A stretch of 64,000 nt of DNA, from assembly GCA_012862495.1 (NCBI GenBank), contig BLSG01000001.1:72638-136637 (forward strand), given 5' to 3'. Under the pieces are notes generated by a model that was not told where the DNA came from, searched no databases, and saw only the letters and a list, made by a program, of their open reading frames with translations. Below are positions 47,681-60,823 of this stretch, in pieces. The DNA comes from Thraustochytrium aureum (taxonomy: Eukaryota). Each line of letters begins with the position of its first letter. Position 1 is the first letter of the stretch. A program made the translations under genes and the position numbers.

Positions 47681-48060
47681 CACTCGATGTCTTACGCGCT
47701 GCGCGGCTGCTCTCGCGTGCGCCAGGCACTCTCGATGTCTGGCTGCCCGCCACTCACGAGGCCGCAGCATTCACAGGAACACACCCGTTCGGTGCGCACC
47801 CCCGAGAGATGCGCGCTTGTTCCCCTGAATAGGTGCCGAAAAAGGATAGGTGCGCGTGCGTTGCGACGAACGCTGGAACGAGCGGAGATTTGCCCGTTGA
47901 GGGCAGACAGAGTTGCAGGCCAGACGCCTATCTCGCGGGCAGTCACCGCGAGTGACGGGGACGCGCGCGACCGAGGGAAAGAAGACTGCGAGGCGTGGTT
48001 TATCTTGGGTGCCGGCTTGCTGCGTACCGCTAGCGGTCGCCGTCGGGGAGTTTAGGGGCC

Positions 48061-48786
48061 ATGAGCGGGAACAACGGCCGCGGCAGCGGCGAGCATGACG
48101 CGAAAGGCGCTGGGAACAGCGTCGGTCCGCTCGAGCTTCCAGACAACCTGTTTGATCTGCTTAAGGAGAACAGCCCGGTGGTCATCGCGCGAGCAGCGCT
48201 CATTGCCTTGCCGACGTCTGGCGAATCTGCAAAGGCGTACCTCGAATCGACGCTGCGGGCTAGCTTTGGCGAGCGCGAGCTCTCCGGGGTTCAACTTCTA
48301 GCCAAGCAGTCGGTGCTGCTGTGCGTTGAAGGTCCGTCGGACATGCTCCACGAGTTCATCACGCGCTTTCGCACAGACTTGGTCGGAAAGAAGGCGCCGT
48401 TCTCCGAGGTCAAGCTCTGCGCCCTGAGCGACGACGTGCCGTCTCGTGCATTTAGGGGCTGGACAGTGGCGAGCGTAGTGGTCCCGCGAGAAGCAAACGT
48501 GACTCTACCAGAGGACCAAGTGACTGGACTCGTTGCAGAGGTGTATCTCAAGTGTATTGCGCTCGGGGCACGGATGGCCGAAACCGGCAAAGGTCCTGAT
48601 GACCTCAAAACCAAGCACGCCAACCTATTCCTCTCCAATGAGCGGCTTGTTGCGCTTGCCAAGCACGAGGAAATAATGTCACTGGATGATTACGCCGGCC
48701 TGTTTGCAGAGCCCTTTGAGGACACCTCGGTCGCGGACGAGGTCTGGCCACTGCAGCGCCTCACAGAAGATCTCCATGGATGGTAG
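48061..48786 (+). CDS. TEX47/DYBLUP-like BLUF-fold axonemal protein (tentative)
   Basis: Intact 241-aa ORF; SGVQLL..QSVLLCVEGP...VKL...SDDVPSRAFRGW and a C-terminal VWP resemble the degenerate BLUF/TEX47 family. Recognised from memory only. Confidence 0.55.
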   Translation: MSGNNGRGSGEHDAKGAGNSVGPLELPDNLFDLLKENSPVVIARAALIALPTSGESAKAYLESTLRASFGERELSGVQLLAKQSVLLCVEGPSDMLHEFITRFRTDLVGKKAPFSEVKLCALSDDVPSRAFRGWTVASVVVPREANVTLPEDQVTGLVAEVYLKCIALGARMAETGKGPDDLKTKHANLFLSNERLVALAKHEEIMSLDDYAGLFAEPFEDTSVADEVWPLQRLTEDLHGW

Positions 48787-49682
48787 AAGGAGCTCCAGCG
48801 CCACGGGCTGCGAGCGCAAGGCTCTGTTTGCAAGACGTAGGAAAGTACTCTACCACCATAGTGGAACCAATAAGCCGGCGGCGAAATCGGCCCCACTGGC
48901 AATCCAGCAAGCTGAACAATTAAAAGATAGCCCTGCTCTGCCGACGGCACCGCACCACCGTCTTCTTCGGTTGTTTGACTCAGTGCACTCAAAATCGAGC
49001 TCAACTCCCCACAAGAGAAAAAAGCTCGTACGGGCCTGCAGCTCGCGTCGCGCCTCAACTCACCTCCTCGACCGAGGCAAACCTCGGCTTTTCTCCAAAG
49101 TTTGCTTTCAAGAGCTCACCGATGATGGCGCCGTTCTCAGCATGATCTTCGCAGCGTCCTTGCTGTCCTTGCTCGAGCTCGCTCGCCGTTTCACGAACAT
49201 GCTCGAGCAAGGCCTGCCAGTCTTTTCTTCCCATGCATCGACAAGCACAAGTCGTTAACGGCTGCTTTCCGTTCATAATACTGAAGGGGACGAGCGGTTA
49301 CGTCCGTTTCGTTCGTGACATTTTGAGAGGGGTCCGCGCGCAACGCTCTTCTTAGTCGTCCAGGTAAGGTCGGCTCGTCGCGCGCAGACCCCGAACTCAA
49401 ACGAGCAAGGCGCGAAGCGCCGAGGGGGCAAGAGCGGGCGGGCAGCGACCAGCACAAGCGCGACGGGGCCCGCAGCCTGCGTGCGCCTGGCGGCATCCCT
49501 GCCCACAACCGAGAGCACCGGCCCTCGGTCGTCTCGTACCTTCAGAATCCTCGGCTGGAAGACATGGCGCTTGTCGACAGCGGCGTGCAGCTGCAGGGCA
49601 GCCTGGACGAGGACCCGGGCCAGGTCGACTGGCGTGGAGAAGCCGCCGAGGGGCGGCTGCTTCCAATTCGAGCTCGTTCGTG

Positions 49683-50635
49683 ATGCAGGTCGAGCTCTTG
49701 CCAGGGAGCGAGGAGGAGCGCGTTGGCAGGCCTGGGGCGTATTCCGATGCGGTCAAGCCTGCCAGGCGCATGGCCCTGATCCCAGAGCCACTTTTGCATG
49801 GATTCTACATCGTTGCGTTTGCGCAGGTCCTGCTCGTGGGGGCCTCCTTCTTCGTCTTCCCGATGTACACGAGCAAGTTGCTTGCGTTTGGACTGGACAA
49901 AGCGCAAATAGTGACCCTTGGTGTGGTCTCGCAGGCGGGCCTCGGCGCCGTGCAGTATCCCCTTCACCTTCTCTACAGCGGCGCGTCCGCGCGCATGCGA
50001 CTTGAGCGCGCCGACCAGCTCGTCTCTGCGCTCACCTCTGGGCTCCTGATCGGCTCACTGATGGCGATCGCGCTGGTCCTGGGGACCGGGGGGCCCTCTT
50101 CGTTCCCGCTCCTGGTGGCTCTTTTCCTTTTGTTTGGGAGCGGCTCGGGCGGCACGTTTACGCACATGATAAATGTGGCCAACTACAGCTTTATACACAA
50201 CCAGCAGGCGCGACGGGTGGCCGTCGCCCTCGCGTCGGTCGGCATCGGCATTGGAGGCTGTTTGTTTACGCTGATCTACTTTGCTGCGCTTCGCGAGGTC
50301 CCGCTCTCCTCGACGCTGTTTCTCTTGGGAGGTTTACACGCCTTTCTTCTCCCTGTGCGGCTTTCGATGGTGCTGCGCCAGCGCGAGTTGATCGCTGCAG
50401 TTCCTGTGGCACCAAGCGCGGTCTGCGCAGAGGAGCGCTCTGGGTCGGAAAGCGACCCCGCGCCGATTGTGGCCTCAAGGGTGCTCGTTCCCGCTCGACT
50501 TTTCGACTACCTCGGGAGCTCCGTTGTGTGGCTCACGTTCGCGATCACCGGCTTCAACGTGGGTATCGGGGCCAGCTACTTCTCCAGCATTGGAAACTTC
50601 TTTCCCACACCCATCGGCTCACGCCTCACCTTCCT
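49683..50635 (+). CDS. MFS transporter (nodulin/Mch1-like), 3' end in gap
   Basis: Six hydrophobic helices, a hydrophilic central loop, then the start of a second bundle. Features include GASFFVFPMYTSKL...GLDKAQI and RRVAVAL...GIGG. Confidence 0.7.
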
Positions 50636-51478
50636 NNNNNNNNNNNNNNNNNNNNNNNNNNNNNNNNNNNNNNNNNNNNNNNNNNNNNNNNNNNNNNNNN
50701 NNNNNNNNNNNNNNNNNNNNNNNNNNNNNNNNNNNNNNNNNNNNNNNNNNNNNNNNNNNNNNNNNNNNNNNNNNNNNNNNNNNNNNNNNNNNNNNNNNNN
50801 NNNNNNNNNNNNNNNNNNNNNNNNNNNNNNNNNNNNNNNNNNNNNNNNNNNNNNNNNNNNNNNNNNNNNNNNNNNNNNNNNNNNNNNNNNNNNNNNNNNN
50901 NNNNNNNNNNNNNNNNNNNNNNNNNNNNNNNNNNNNNNNNNNNNNNNNNNNNNNNNNNNNNNNNNNNNNNNNNNNNNNNNNNNNNNNNNNNNNNNNNNNN
51001 NNNNNNNNNNNNNNNNNNNNNNNNNNNNNNNNNNNNNNNNNNNNNNNNNNNNNNNNNNNNNNNNNNNNNNNNNNNNNNNNNNNNNNNNNNNNNNNNNNNN
51101 NNNNNNNNNNNNNNNNNNNNNNNNNNNNNNNNNNNNNNNNNNNNNNNNNNNNNNNNNNNNNNNNNNNNNNNNNNNNNNNNNNNNNNNNNNNNNNNNNNNN
51201 NNNNNNNNNNNNNNNNNNNNNNNNNNNNNNNNNNNNNNNNNNNNNNNNNNNNNNNNNNNNNNNNNNNNNNNNNNNNNNNNNNNNNNNNNNNNNNNNNNNN
51301 NNNNNNNNNNNNNNNNNNNNNNNNNNNNNNNNNNNNNNNNNNNNNNNNNNNNNNNNNNNNNNNNNNNNNNNNNNNNNNNNNNNNNNNNNNNNNNNNNNNN
51401 NNNNNNNNNNNNNNNNNNNNNNNNNNNNNNNNNNNNNNNNNNNNNNNNNNNNNNNNNNNNNNNNNNNNNNNNNNNNNN

Positions 51479-54400
51479 CGTTCGTGAGCTGCAGGCGCAG
51501 AGGCTTCTCTTCCGCGGAACCGGCCTCGCTGAGGTCGACGACCTCCTCGTCCTTTCACAGAACGCCGGAGCCGAGGCAAGCATGCTCGCCGACGCACACC
51601 GCGAGTGGGCCCGGTCGTCAGAGTTTTCCGAGTACCTGGAAAAGGACCTGACGCCGAGAACGCGCGCTCATCGCCAAACGGTCCTCGCTAGCGAACACGC
51701 CGCTCTGAGCTCTGCGCAAGCAGATATCTCCAGGCGACGCGAGTTCCTCGCTCGAGTCCGCAAGGCCGACAATGAGGCTGCAGCCGCGCACGAGGCTGCA
51801 GAGGTGGCTGCTGCAGATGCCTTTGCGATGTTTGAAAAGCTCCGCAAACACAAAACGTTGAGTTTCGAGGCGCGCGCAAAGCTCCGAAGGACAATGCTGG
51901 CGAAGCAAGCCGAGGCGACAGGGCTGCGCGAGGCGGCCAGAGCGGCCAAGGACGATGCAGTCCTCTTGAAGAAGCACGTTGTGGAGAATGGCTTGGAGCC
52001 AGACTCGTTCGTCAGTGCTAAAGAGTTGGCGGCCGCGCGCGCCAGAGCGGAGGCGCTCGTTGCAACGACAAACGTGGGGGGGCAGCTTTGGCGAGTTGCA
52101 CCGCCAGCGCCACCGCTTTGTCGCCTGCGCCAATAGCCGGACCGAGCGGCGAACACTCTGCGCCAAGTGAGGGCGAGGTGGACCCGAATGCCGGACTCAC
52201 GGACTGGGAGCGGAACTTGCGCGAGGGCTTCAAACTGGCGCATCTTGACTTGATGGACCGATCAAAGCTCCGCATTGAACGCATGGCGGCTGCGGAGCAA
52301 GCCAAGGCCAAAGCCGACCAGGACGAGGCGGATTTGATTCATAAGATGATCAAGCAGGACAAAAGACGTGCCGAAGAAAAGCGCCGGGCAGAGCAGCGCA
52401 GGTCGCGCGTCGATGTCGGCGGCGCCCAGGACGAGGACCTGGCCAACGACAACAATATTCACGACGACGACGAAGACGACGAAGACGAAGACGACGAAGA
52501 CGACGGCGGCGGCGGCGGCGGCGGCGGCGGCGACGGCGCTCAAAGTGATGGAGGCCCCAGAGGCAAGGGTACTGCGCTGGAGGATGATCCACCTGCTCCC
52601 GTTGATCACGTTGCAGCAGCGCTTGTTAGCGCCAATGTAACGTTCCAAGACAAGGTTGCAATGGACGGTGGCAATGAGCACAAAGGCAGCGTTTTCGGCG
52701 GGATGACCAAAGAAACAGCTCCCTGCTTCTGCGAAGACTGGGGCCTNNNNNNNNNNNNNNNNNNNNNNNNNNNNNNNNNNNNNNNNNNNNNNNNNNNNNN
52801 NNNNNNNNNNNNNNNNNNNNNNNNNNNNNNNNNNNNNNNNNNNNNNNNNNNNNNNNNNNNNNNNNNNNNNNNNNNNNNNNNNNNNNNNNNNNNNNNNNNN
52901 NNNNNNNNNNNNNNNNNNNNNNNNNNNNNNNNNNNNNNNNNNNNNNNNNNNNNNNNNNNNNNNNNNNNNNNNNNNNNNNNNNNNNNNNNNNNNNNNNNNN
53001 NNNNNNNNNNNNNNNNNNNNNNNNNNNNNNNNNNNNNNNNNNNNNNNNNNNNNNNNNNNNNNNNNNNNNNNNNNNNNNNGCAGATTCTGGACTCGCTCAA
53101 GAGCACTGCAACACGGTGCAAGCGTTCGTTCGAGGCCCATGTGAGCGGATTTGTCCGGGTCGTTGATGTTGCTCCGCTTCTCGCCCTGATGGACGAGCTT
53201 CGCGTCGCGACTGTACAGGTCGTCGAAGCAGTGCTGCGGTGGCGCAACCTCAAGCGCGCCAACGTCGAGGCGTGCGAAGGCGCCGATGAAAACTTTTTGC
53301 GCAAAGGACATTGGGTCGTCAAGCTCGGCTACATCGGCAAGCAGCTATACCCAGGCTCGTCTGCGTTCACCAGTAAAATGAAGCGCTTCTCCCGACCAGC
53401 CGATGTTAAGGGCAAGCGCGCTGTGATGTTCAAGATGCTAGGCGTCTTCGAGACGCGCATGGAGGCCACTCGAGCCTACGACCATGAAATCAAGCGCCTC
53501 GCCATGAAAAACCTCTCCAGTCTCGATGCCTTTCCGAAGCCCAAGGTGATTATTCGAAGCTGTGGCAAGCACTTTTGCGTCGAAAGCGACATGGGAGTTT
53601 CTGATACACGATGCGAGCTGTGCCACGCGGCATCTTTCAACGGCGTGGCGTCGTACAATCCGACCTACTTTTGGAACGGGCAAAACTACTTGCTCAAGGT
53701 GCTCTCGGACGCCAATTTCCTGGCCGACATCGACCTCCTAAAGTTGTTTTTTGCCTCTGAGCTTGCGCAAGGTGCGCTCCGCTTCAGCGGCAACCCCTTG
53801 CTGCTCGCATCTGCCGTCGCAGACGGGGAGCGGCGTGTCATCCGTGTTAGGAACGGGGAACCTTTTGATGGCAAGGCGGACCCCGCGCGCGTCGCAGCAA
53901 GTTTCGGCGTCCCCAGCAATGCGGTGCTGCTGTACCGGCGGAGCAAGTGCATGAGTGGTTTGGACACATTACAAGGCATCGGGTCGTGCGCGTCGGGTCC
54001 GACGAGGCCTTTCTCTCGCAGCTCGTCACAAACCGCACCCTGGTCCGCGACTTCGTCAAGAAGCACGCGGGCGCGAGGGTCCACGTGCTCGACATGGGCC
54101 GAGTGCGGGCAACGCAGCGCGCCCTCGAGGCAGAGCGCGACCTCCACTCGTACATGACCAAGTCGCGCCTCGCGACGAAGCGCGCCGCCCTAGAGGCGCG
54201 AGTAGCTGCGGACAAACTTGCGCGCCGAGAGGAGCGCGAGCGCCGCCGCGCACAAGGCGAGGAGGTTGCGACTTCCGAGAGTGACGGGCCGGACTCGAGC
54301 GACGAGGAGAAAGCCCAAGGCGGCCAAGCCACCAAGCCACGCCGGCGTCTGCGGTCCTATGGGCCTGCTGCAGAAGATGTTCTTTGCGAGGAAGAGCGGC

Positions 54401-57400
54401 TCGACTTGATGGGCGAGACTGACCCCACGCCGCCGCCAAAGCATAAAATGCCAGGTACAACTGCTGCAGAGGCGCTCGCTGAGGACCGCGTTCACACGAC
54501 GTACTACTGGGACCGCGGGGAGTACATTGCCATTCGTCAAAGCCGGCACGAGCAGGTCGGCAAGGTACCTGGCAAATGGGCCACCGGCGAGCGTGGCACA
54601 ACCTTTGAGGGGATGCAGACGCGGGGCAAGCACTTGCAGCACTTTGAATTCGAGAAGAAGCTCGAAGCCAAAGGCAAGGCTCTTGTGGCGCGTCGCGCCC
54701 GCTGGCAAAGGCGGATTGCGCGGTCCCTTCGACGCAAGGACGCCTGCAACCCGGACACTATTTTGGAGCTCGTCAGCCTCGGCAGACAACTCGGCGGCTC
54801 CCTCGTTCTCATGGACTGCAATCGCGCTGAAAGGTTTGTGCGTGCTTGGCGCAAGCGGATGGATGCAGCACTGGTCGTACAGCGCGTCTGGCGCGCTGCG
54901 CAAGCGCGACTGCGTTGCCGGCGACTTCGCCAGAGGCTCGCTCTTAGAGCCGCAAAAGAGTTAGAGCGACAGATTTCTTGCGCTCAGCGCGCGAGGAGCT
55001 GGACCAGAGGGGTTCTAGCCGCAGGGGTGAGGCGGGCCAAACGCCGTCTCAAGCAGCCGCTCGTGACATTTGCTGCCAACCTCGATGGCGAGGCTCTCCT
55101 TGTCTCCGCTTTCGACCCTGCTCGCGCAAGGCGTTTCGACCCCGATCTTGCACCTCCCCTGCTGGATACCTGCTTTGCCTGCCTTGGACAGAGCAAGCGC
55201 GTCCGCGCGCGCCGGGAGCTTGGGTGGCTTTCAGTCCGAGGACTCGCTTGCGTCGTGGGAGACCTTGATGCGGCCGAGCTGGGCGTCGTGCGACTTCACA
55301 CCGTCAGCGAAACCTCAGCGGCGGGGGGCCGTGTTACTGCAGGCGGGCAGCGTCTGACCGGACGGGCCTCGTTCTGCGTGCCTACAATCCTTTGACAAGC
55401 GAGGCATACCTTTGCAAAGTGCGGCTTGGGGCTGAGATGGTGCCCGCCCTTCCCGCCGACCCCGCGACCAGACGTTCAGTTTTGCGTTTGGCAACTCGCC
55501 TGGCGCGAACAGGAAATGTTGCTGGCGTGCATCATGGCAGCTTGAAGTGCCTTCCAGTGGCCGAGATGGACCCGAAGCTGTACGCAGAGCCTGTCAAGCT
55601 GAACGACGAAGGTGCTCTTGAGGCAGCCGAGATGCTAGGCAGCGAGTTGCGCCGCCTCTCTCGCCTCTGCAAGGGGCTCGCAAAGTTCGCCATGCAACTT
55701 GAGGGCCGCGCTGCGACGTGCGATGACGAGCTCTCTTGGCGGACTAGAGCGTTCGCGGCGGCTCAGAGAGCCTTTGCCGATGCGCGTGCACTTCAGCTGG
55801 CTGCCAACGTGCACAAGCACGCCATGATTCAGTCCTCTGACAAGGCGATGCACTTTAGCAAGCACCAAATAGAGCTCTACGACAATCCCGCCTTGAGCAG
55901 CAGCCAGCAAGCTTGGGACCCGATTGAGAACGCCAATGACGCGATATACATCCAGCGCAAGTGGCAATCCACCAAGGCAGCACGTCTCGCCGTGCAGCTC
56001 TGCGCCAAGGCTCGCGCCAGGCTGTTCAACGCACAGGACGCCCTTGCCACGTTTTGCCCTATTCGTGACCAGACCGTGCTCCTCGCCGCAAACGCCAAGT
56101 ACAGCGTCCGAGAAATTCACCTCCAGCGGGACGAGCTCTGCGAAGCGCAGGGCGCGCTCATGACCTCTGTTAAGGCATTCGCGCGCGCGATTCTTCGTTC
56201 TCGCCTGACCCTCCGAAGCGGGAGGCAGACCTTTGCGGGTCGCCTGCGGCGCGGTCTTGTCCTGAGCGCCCCGGTGCCCGATCGCAACGTGAACACGCTC
56301 TACCGGCGCGGCCGGACGCTATTTTCCACGAGGTTTCTCGACTATCCGCTCCAGTCGTGCATCGGACTCGTCACGGTACTCGAAAGCGCAGAGCACGCAA
56401 AATCGAACGTATTCGCGCCGTCGGCACTCCCTTCATGGTTTGAGTCCACGTTTGTGCGAGCAACGGGCTCGCGAGAAATCCGAGCCTTCGACCCGGGCAA
56501 CTCTCTTGACGGGCACCGGTACTCGAGGGATCAGCGCATGACGCTCGACGAAGCGTTGGCAATGCTCGCGCGAGATCGAGACGAGTGGGATGCCAGCATA
56601 GAGCAAAAGTGGTCGATGAAGCCAAGCGAGCTGGACGCTGTGCGGCAGCCGCCGTTCGTCGGCGAGCTCAGGGTTCACGTGTACCTTCCTCACTCGAGCA
56701 ACCTTGTCGAGTGGCGTGTCAACCCAGTGGAGCTCCGCGAGCTGCTCATTTCGCCTCACGCGACGCTTCCTGGGCGACCAATGCCCGAGTTGTTCTCTTT
56801 CAAGACGATACGCGATGCTATGCTTGGTACACTGCCGAGTGACTCGGTGACGCACCAGACGATGCGCAAAGCTCTTCGCGGTATCCGTGCCAAAGTGGTA
56901 GCTCGACTCGTCGAACTCGTACATGTGGGCCCGTTTGATTCGCAGCTGCGCTTGGGAAAGCTGTTTTTCTTCCGGCTCCGTCGCGTCTTGTTCAACAACC
57001 TGTTCAAGACGCAGTGGTGGTTGGACCTCTGCCGCGGGCGCTCGAGTCTCAAGGGCCACTTGGTATACAAGGGCATCAGCAGCTTGTGCGGAGCATCTGC
57101 CGCAGTGGCCGTGTATGAGAATTGCGGCGACCTGGCCATCGAGATAAGCTGGCCCAGACGCCGACGCCCGGTTCGCTGTGCCCGGAGTGGGCCTGTTGCG
57201 TTGGAACCAGGCGAAGATCGCACGTTTCCGGCGCATACACGAGTGCGCATAACCGATGATGCAATCCGAGAGGCGCTGCTCTCGAGCGGCAGCCTCGAAC
57301 TATTCGCGTTGTGGAAGGCAAGCGTCGAGCTTTGCGAGTACCCTGCGTTGCTTGTTCAACAGGTATTGAAGCGTCTTGTCGTGCTGGACCACTCGGGTCT

Positions 57401-60400
57401 GCGCTTCGGCTTGTGCGGTGGGAGCCAGGCGCGAGCCCATGGCCCCGCATACACTGGACTGCGTGGCGACAATCGTCCCATCTTTGGCTCGATGCTTTGC
57501 GTTCGCCGTCAGTTCACCGACATGCGCGACCCTGCCCTGAGCAGTCATGGTGGACGTCCGAATCAGGTCCTGGTGGCCCTCGCCGGGCGCGAGTCTGACC
57601 TCTTTGAGCTGGTGCACCGAGAGGTTCTCTTCATCAGCGGCGACACGTACGTGGTATCGGCGATGGTGAACGCTTGGGGCGACATCCGAATTGAAGCCAT
57701 CGACAAGATGCAGCAGTGCCTTTTGCTTTCCCTCGGCAAGGCCCATGTGCGCTAGGCTGCTGCAAAGCCTCCGGCTTGAATCGCTGCAAAACACGGCAAA
57801 GCGGTCGAAACTCTGTGCGGTTCTGTTTTCCCTCCTCGCGGTTCGATGGGCCCCTGCCCCACCAGTGCCGACCCGTGAGCACCCGGTGTTCCGCCGCTTC
57901 TGCAAAATGGTTCAAGTCGGCGTCCCGCGCGGCGCTGTCGCGCAGGCTGTTGCGCTCGACCGAGGCGGCGACCTACAGGGTGCGAACCCCAGTCAAGTCC
58001 TCTACGTCGTCTTGGAAACCGACCACGGAGCTGCGCCACCGCCGGCGTTTCGCCTCCCAGAGAAACGGGAGCGAGTGCTCGTGCTCAGCCAGTCCAAGCC
58101 TGAGGAGCACTTTAGGCTTTTGCACCGCGGCCCATCTCGAACGCGCGCAGGCGCTGCTTTTCAGCTTGAGATCCTGGAACGCAACGGCAACTTGTGGCTG
58201 CGTGTTCGACGCGAGACGGCTGCAGAGCAAAGCCGGCGAGTCCAGTCGGCCGAGCTCGAGCGAATGCGGGCAGAGGATCAGCATGCCTCGAGCCTTCGAG
58301 CCTTTGAAATCGATGGGAAACGCCTTGCGCAAAAGCACAAAAGCAAGGCGGGTCTGGAGTGCGGCGCCAGGCGAAAGGAGGTTGCTGCCGCACGTCTCGA
58401 GCGAATCGCGCTGCTGAACGCTCGCGATGGGCGACTTGGCGCCTACTCGACAATGCTGAAAGACGTCCCAGACCTTGTAACCTTTCATCGTCGTAGTGGG
58501 GCCGCTGACATTGAACTAAGGCTTGGTGCGTTGCTCCCGAGTCGTCAATTCGGCACCGCAGAGGTCCTGGAGAAGTGCATCGGGCGGTGGACACGGCGCC
58601 TTGCAGTGCCGCAAGGCACAGCGCGCAAGACGCCCTGCGTGGTGTCGTGTTTTGGCAATGCAGCCGTGCCAGGACCGATCCGGGTTCACGTTTACGTGCC
58701 AGACACAGGACATGAAATCGTTCAGGTATTTGACTTGGGCGACCAGACTGGCCAAGCCCACGAGATGGCCAGCGAGGTATTGGCTCGGCTTCGTGGGGCT
58801 GACGCGCAACTTGTCCCCTCACTGTGTGCAAGCTCATCAGGGGGCGAGCCTTTGCTGCCCCATCGATCCCTCGCGAGGGGCTGTGTATCGTTCGGGCCCA
58901 AAGGCAGGTTTTTAGTTCGGGCTGTTCAAGCCGGGTGCGGGTCCGTGTGGCTGTCCTGCCGAAGCGTGTGTGGGAACTTTTGCAAGTGGTTCCCTGCCCA
59001 CCAGCTCGTCAAGAAAGAAACGACGAGTACTGTGCCGATGATGGCGGAAGCTTCAGAGGGTTTTGCCACGACGCCAAACCCAATGGAGCGCCCCGGGCTG
59101 GAGGCCGCTGAAACCTCGTTGCACGGCCGTCCCACGTCGGCAGAGGAGCCTTTGTTGAGTGCGGAAATGAAGTCAGCTATCTGCGTCGAGAGTGACGCCA
59201 CGCGAGCCCGAGTCTCGCAACTCGGCCGGCTGGCAGGCGGCGAGCTCGAGCCGGTCGAAGGCGCAGCGGCAAGGCCACCAAGCGGGTGGAGAAGCAAAGT
59301 GCGAGTCCAGCAGAATCTGTTAGAGGCCGTAAAGAGGCCAAGCGATGTCGCCCGTGCTCTGGCCGAGCTATATGGCGGGGAGAATGCGGTGGTGGGCGAC
59401 GGACCAGTGCAGGGCGGCGCTCGCGCCGAGGCAGATCCCGACGCCCGCTCCCTCACGAAGCACTCCGTGATGCTGGACGCCAAAGTCGTCGCGATACTCG
59501 GCGGCGAGACCAACTTGGACTGCCCTGACAAACTCGCGCGCTGGGCATCTTCAAGGCTCGTCTTCGTTCGCGGTCGAGACCGTCTTGGGGCCGAGGATGT
59601 GGTTTCCCTGGACAGGACCGTTCTGCGCGAAGGCCGCTTTGTCCCCTACCTCGGGGCACGCAAGGCAAATACCGAGTCGGGGAGCATCTTGTAGCGCAGG
59701 CGGAAGTCAGTCGCGATGGCAAGGCGCTTGTGCTGGATGCCTTCTGCCCAAGAACTGCGGCTCGCACGGAGGCGCGAAAGTTGGCACTGTCTCACACCTT
59801 GGCATTGCAGAGCAGGTCCTTGGACGCCCTTGCCTGGCAGGACGAAGGAGCGGCACGTGTCGAACGCGCGTTATTAGAGCCGCGCAATGCGGCGCGGCTC
59901 TGCAGGTCCCTGTTCGCGCGATCGGTCATCGTGGGCAGGTGGGGGAAGGGGTTCTTCCGCGACTCGTCGACCGCGCGTCGCGCGTCCTGGAACTTGAGCA
60001 GCGGATCGCAAGCGAAGACCGGGACCTGGCGTGCGAGGAAGCCAAGGCACTTGGAAAAGACCTTGCAGAGATAGCGGTGGCCAAGGAATGCTGCAGCGCG
60101 CTGCGCGCGCGGCGCATGGCGACGACCTACCGTGACGCTCGATGGTTTGCAGAGGACCTCGCGCTTGCCCATAGTGCTGTGAACTGGGAGCAGATGATGC
60201 AAGAGGACGTGAGCTCAGGCCAGATGAGGCCGTACTTGAGCGCGCCTTGGGCGACGATCAGCGAAATCTCGAGGGCGTTCCAGCAGTTTGACAAGGACGG
60301 CAACGGCGTTTTGTCTCGCGCAGAATTCCAGGCACTCTGCTACGAGGTTGGTCAGATCCTTACGGACGAAGAGGTGGACGAGGCCATGCGCCACATCGAC

Positions 60401-60652
60401 GGAGACGGAAATGGCAAGATTGAGGAAATGGAGTTCACCATGTGGTGGCTCACAACCCAGTCCACACCGGCGGCGTCAGGGGACGACCGAAAGGCAGGGT
60501 TTGCCCACCACCGTCTGCACGCCAAACTCATGCTGAGTAGAGCGGCTCGAAGCACGAGAAACATAGCGCGAGAATCGCTCGCGCGCGCGATGTCGCGGCG
60601 CTCGACCAGCATTGGGAAGAGCCGATCAAGCCAAGTCCACCAGGGCCGTTAG
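51479..60652 (+). CDS. Very large (~3000 aa) coiled-coil protein with an AP2-like motif, IQ motif and C-terminal EF-hand pair; probably one gene broken by several frameshifts and a gap
   Basis: Abutting same-strand ORFs (to 52136, 52088-54157, 53947-55395, 55392-57755, 57691-59694, 59585-60652). Motifs: AALVVQRVWRAAQAR (IQ); DKDGNGVLSRAEF and DGDGNGKIEEMEF (EF hands). Confidence 0.6.
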
Positions 60653-60823
60653 TTGTGAAAAAAAACTCTATTTGCTTGGAGCTTTTCGATCCCCTGTTGA
60701 GCGCGGTGTGGCTCGCGCGCTGTAGAGTGGTGTGGGAGGACGCCCGCAAGTAAGAAGCCGACGGCTGGCTCGACGCACATTGCGTTCGGGTGCGTTGCAG
60801 GGATCGAAAGGTGGTGGAGTCGC

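Noticed and set aside
48850..49234. Small minus-strand gene with a possible 28-nt GTGAGT...CAG intron (49036-49063)
   Set aside because: The spliced product matches nothing I recognise and cannot be supported without transcripts.
49683..50635. MFS transporter and PRMT3 as parts of the NRPS cluster
   Set aside because: They are separated from the NRPS by housekeeping UBA3, and PRMT3 is a protein methyltransferase with no sign of peptide tailoring.
52460..52537. (GAC/GAA)n and (GGC)n repeats
   Set aside because: An ordinary coding poly-Asp/Glu and poly-Gly tract.
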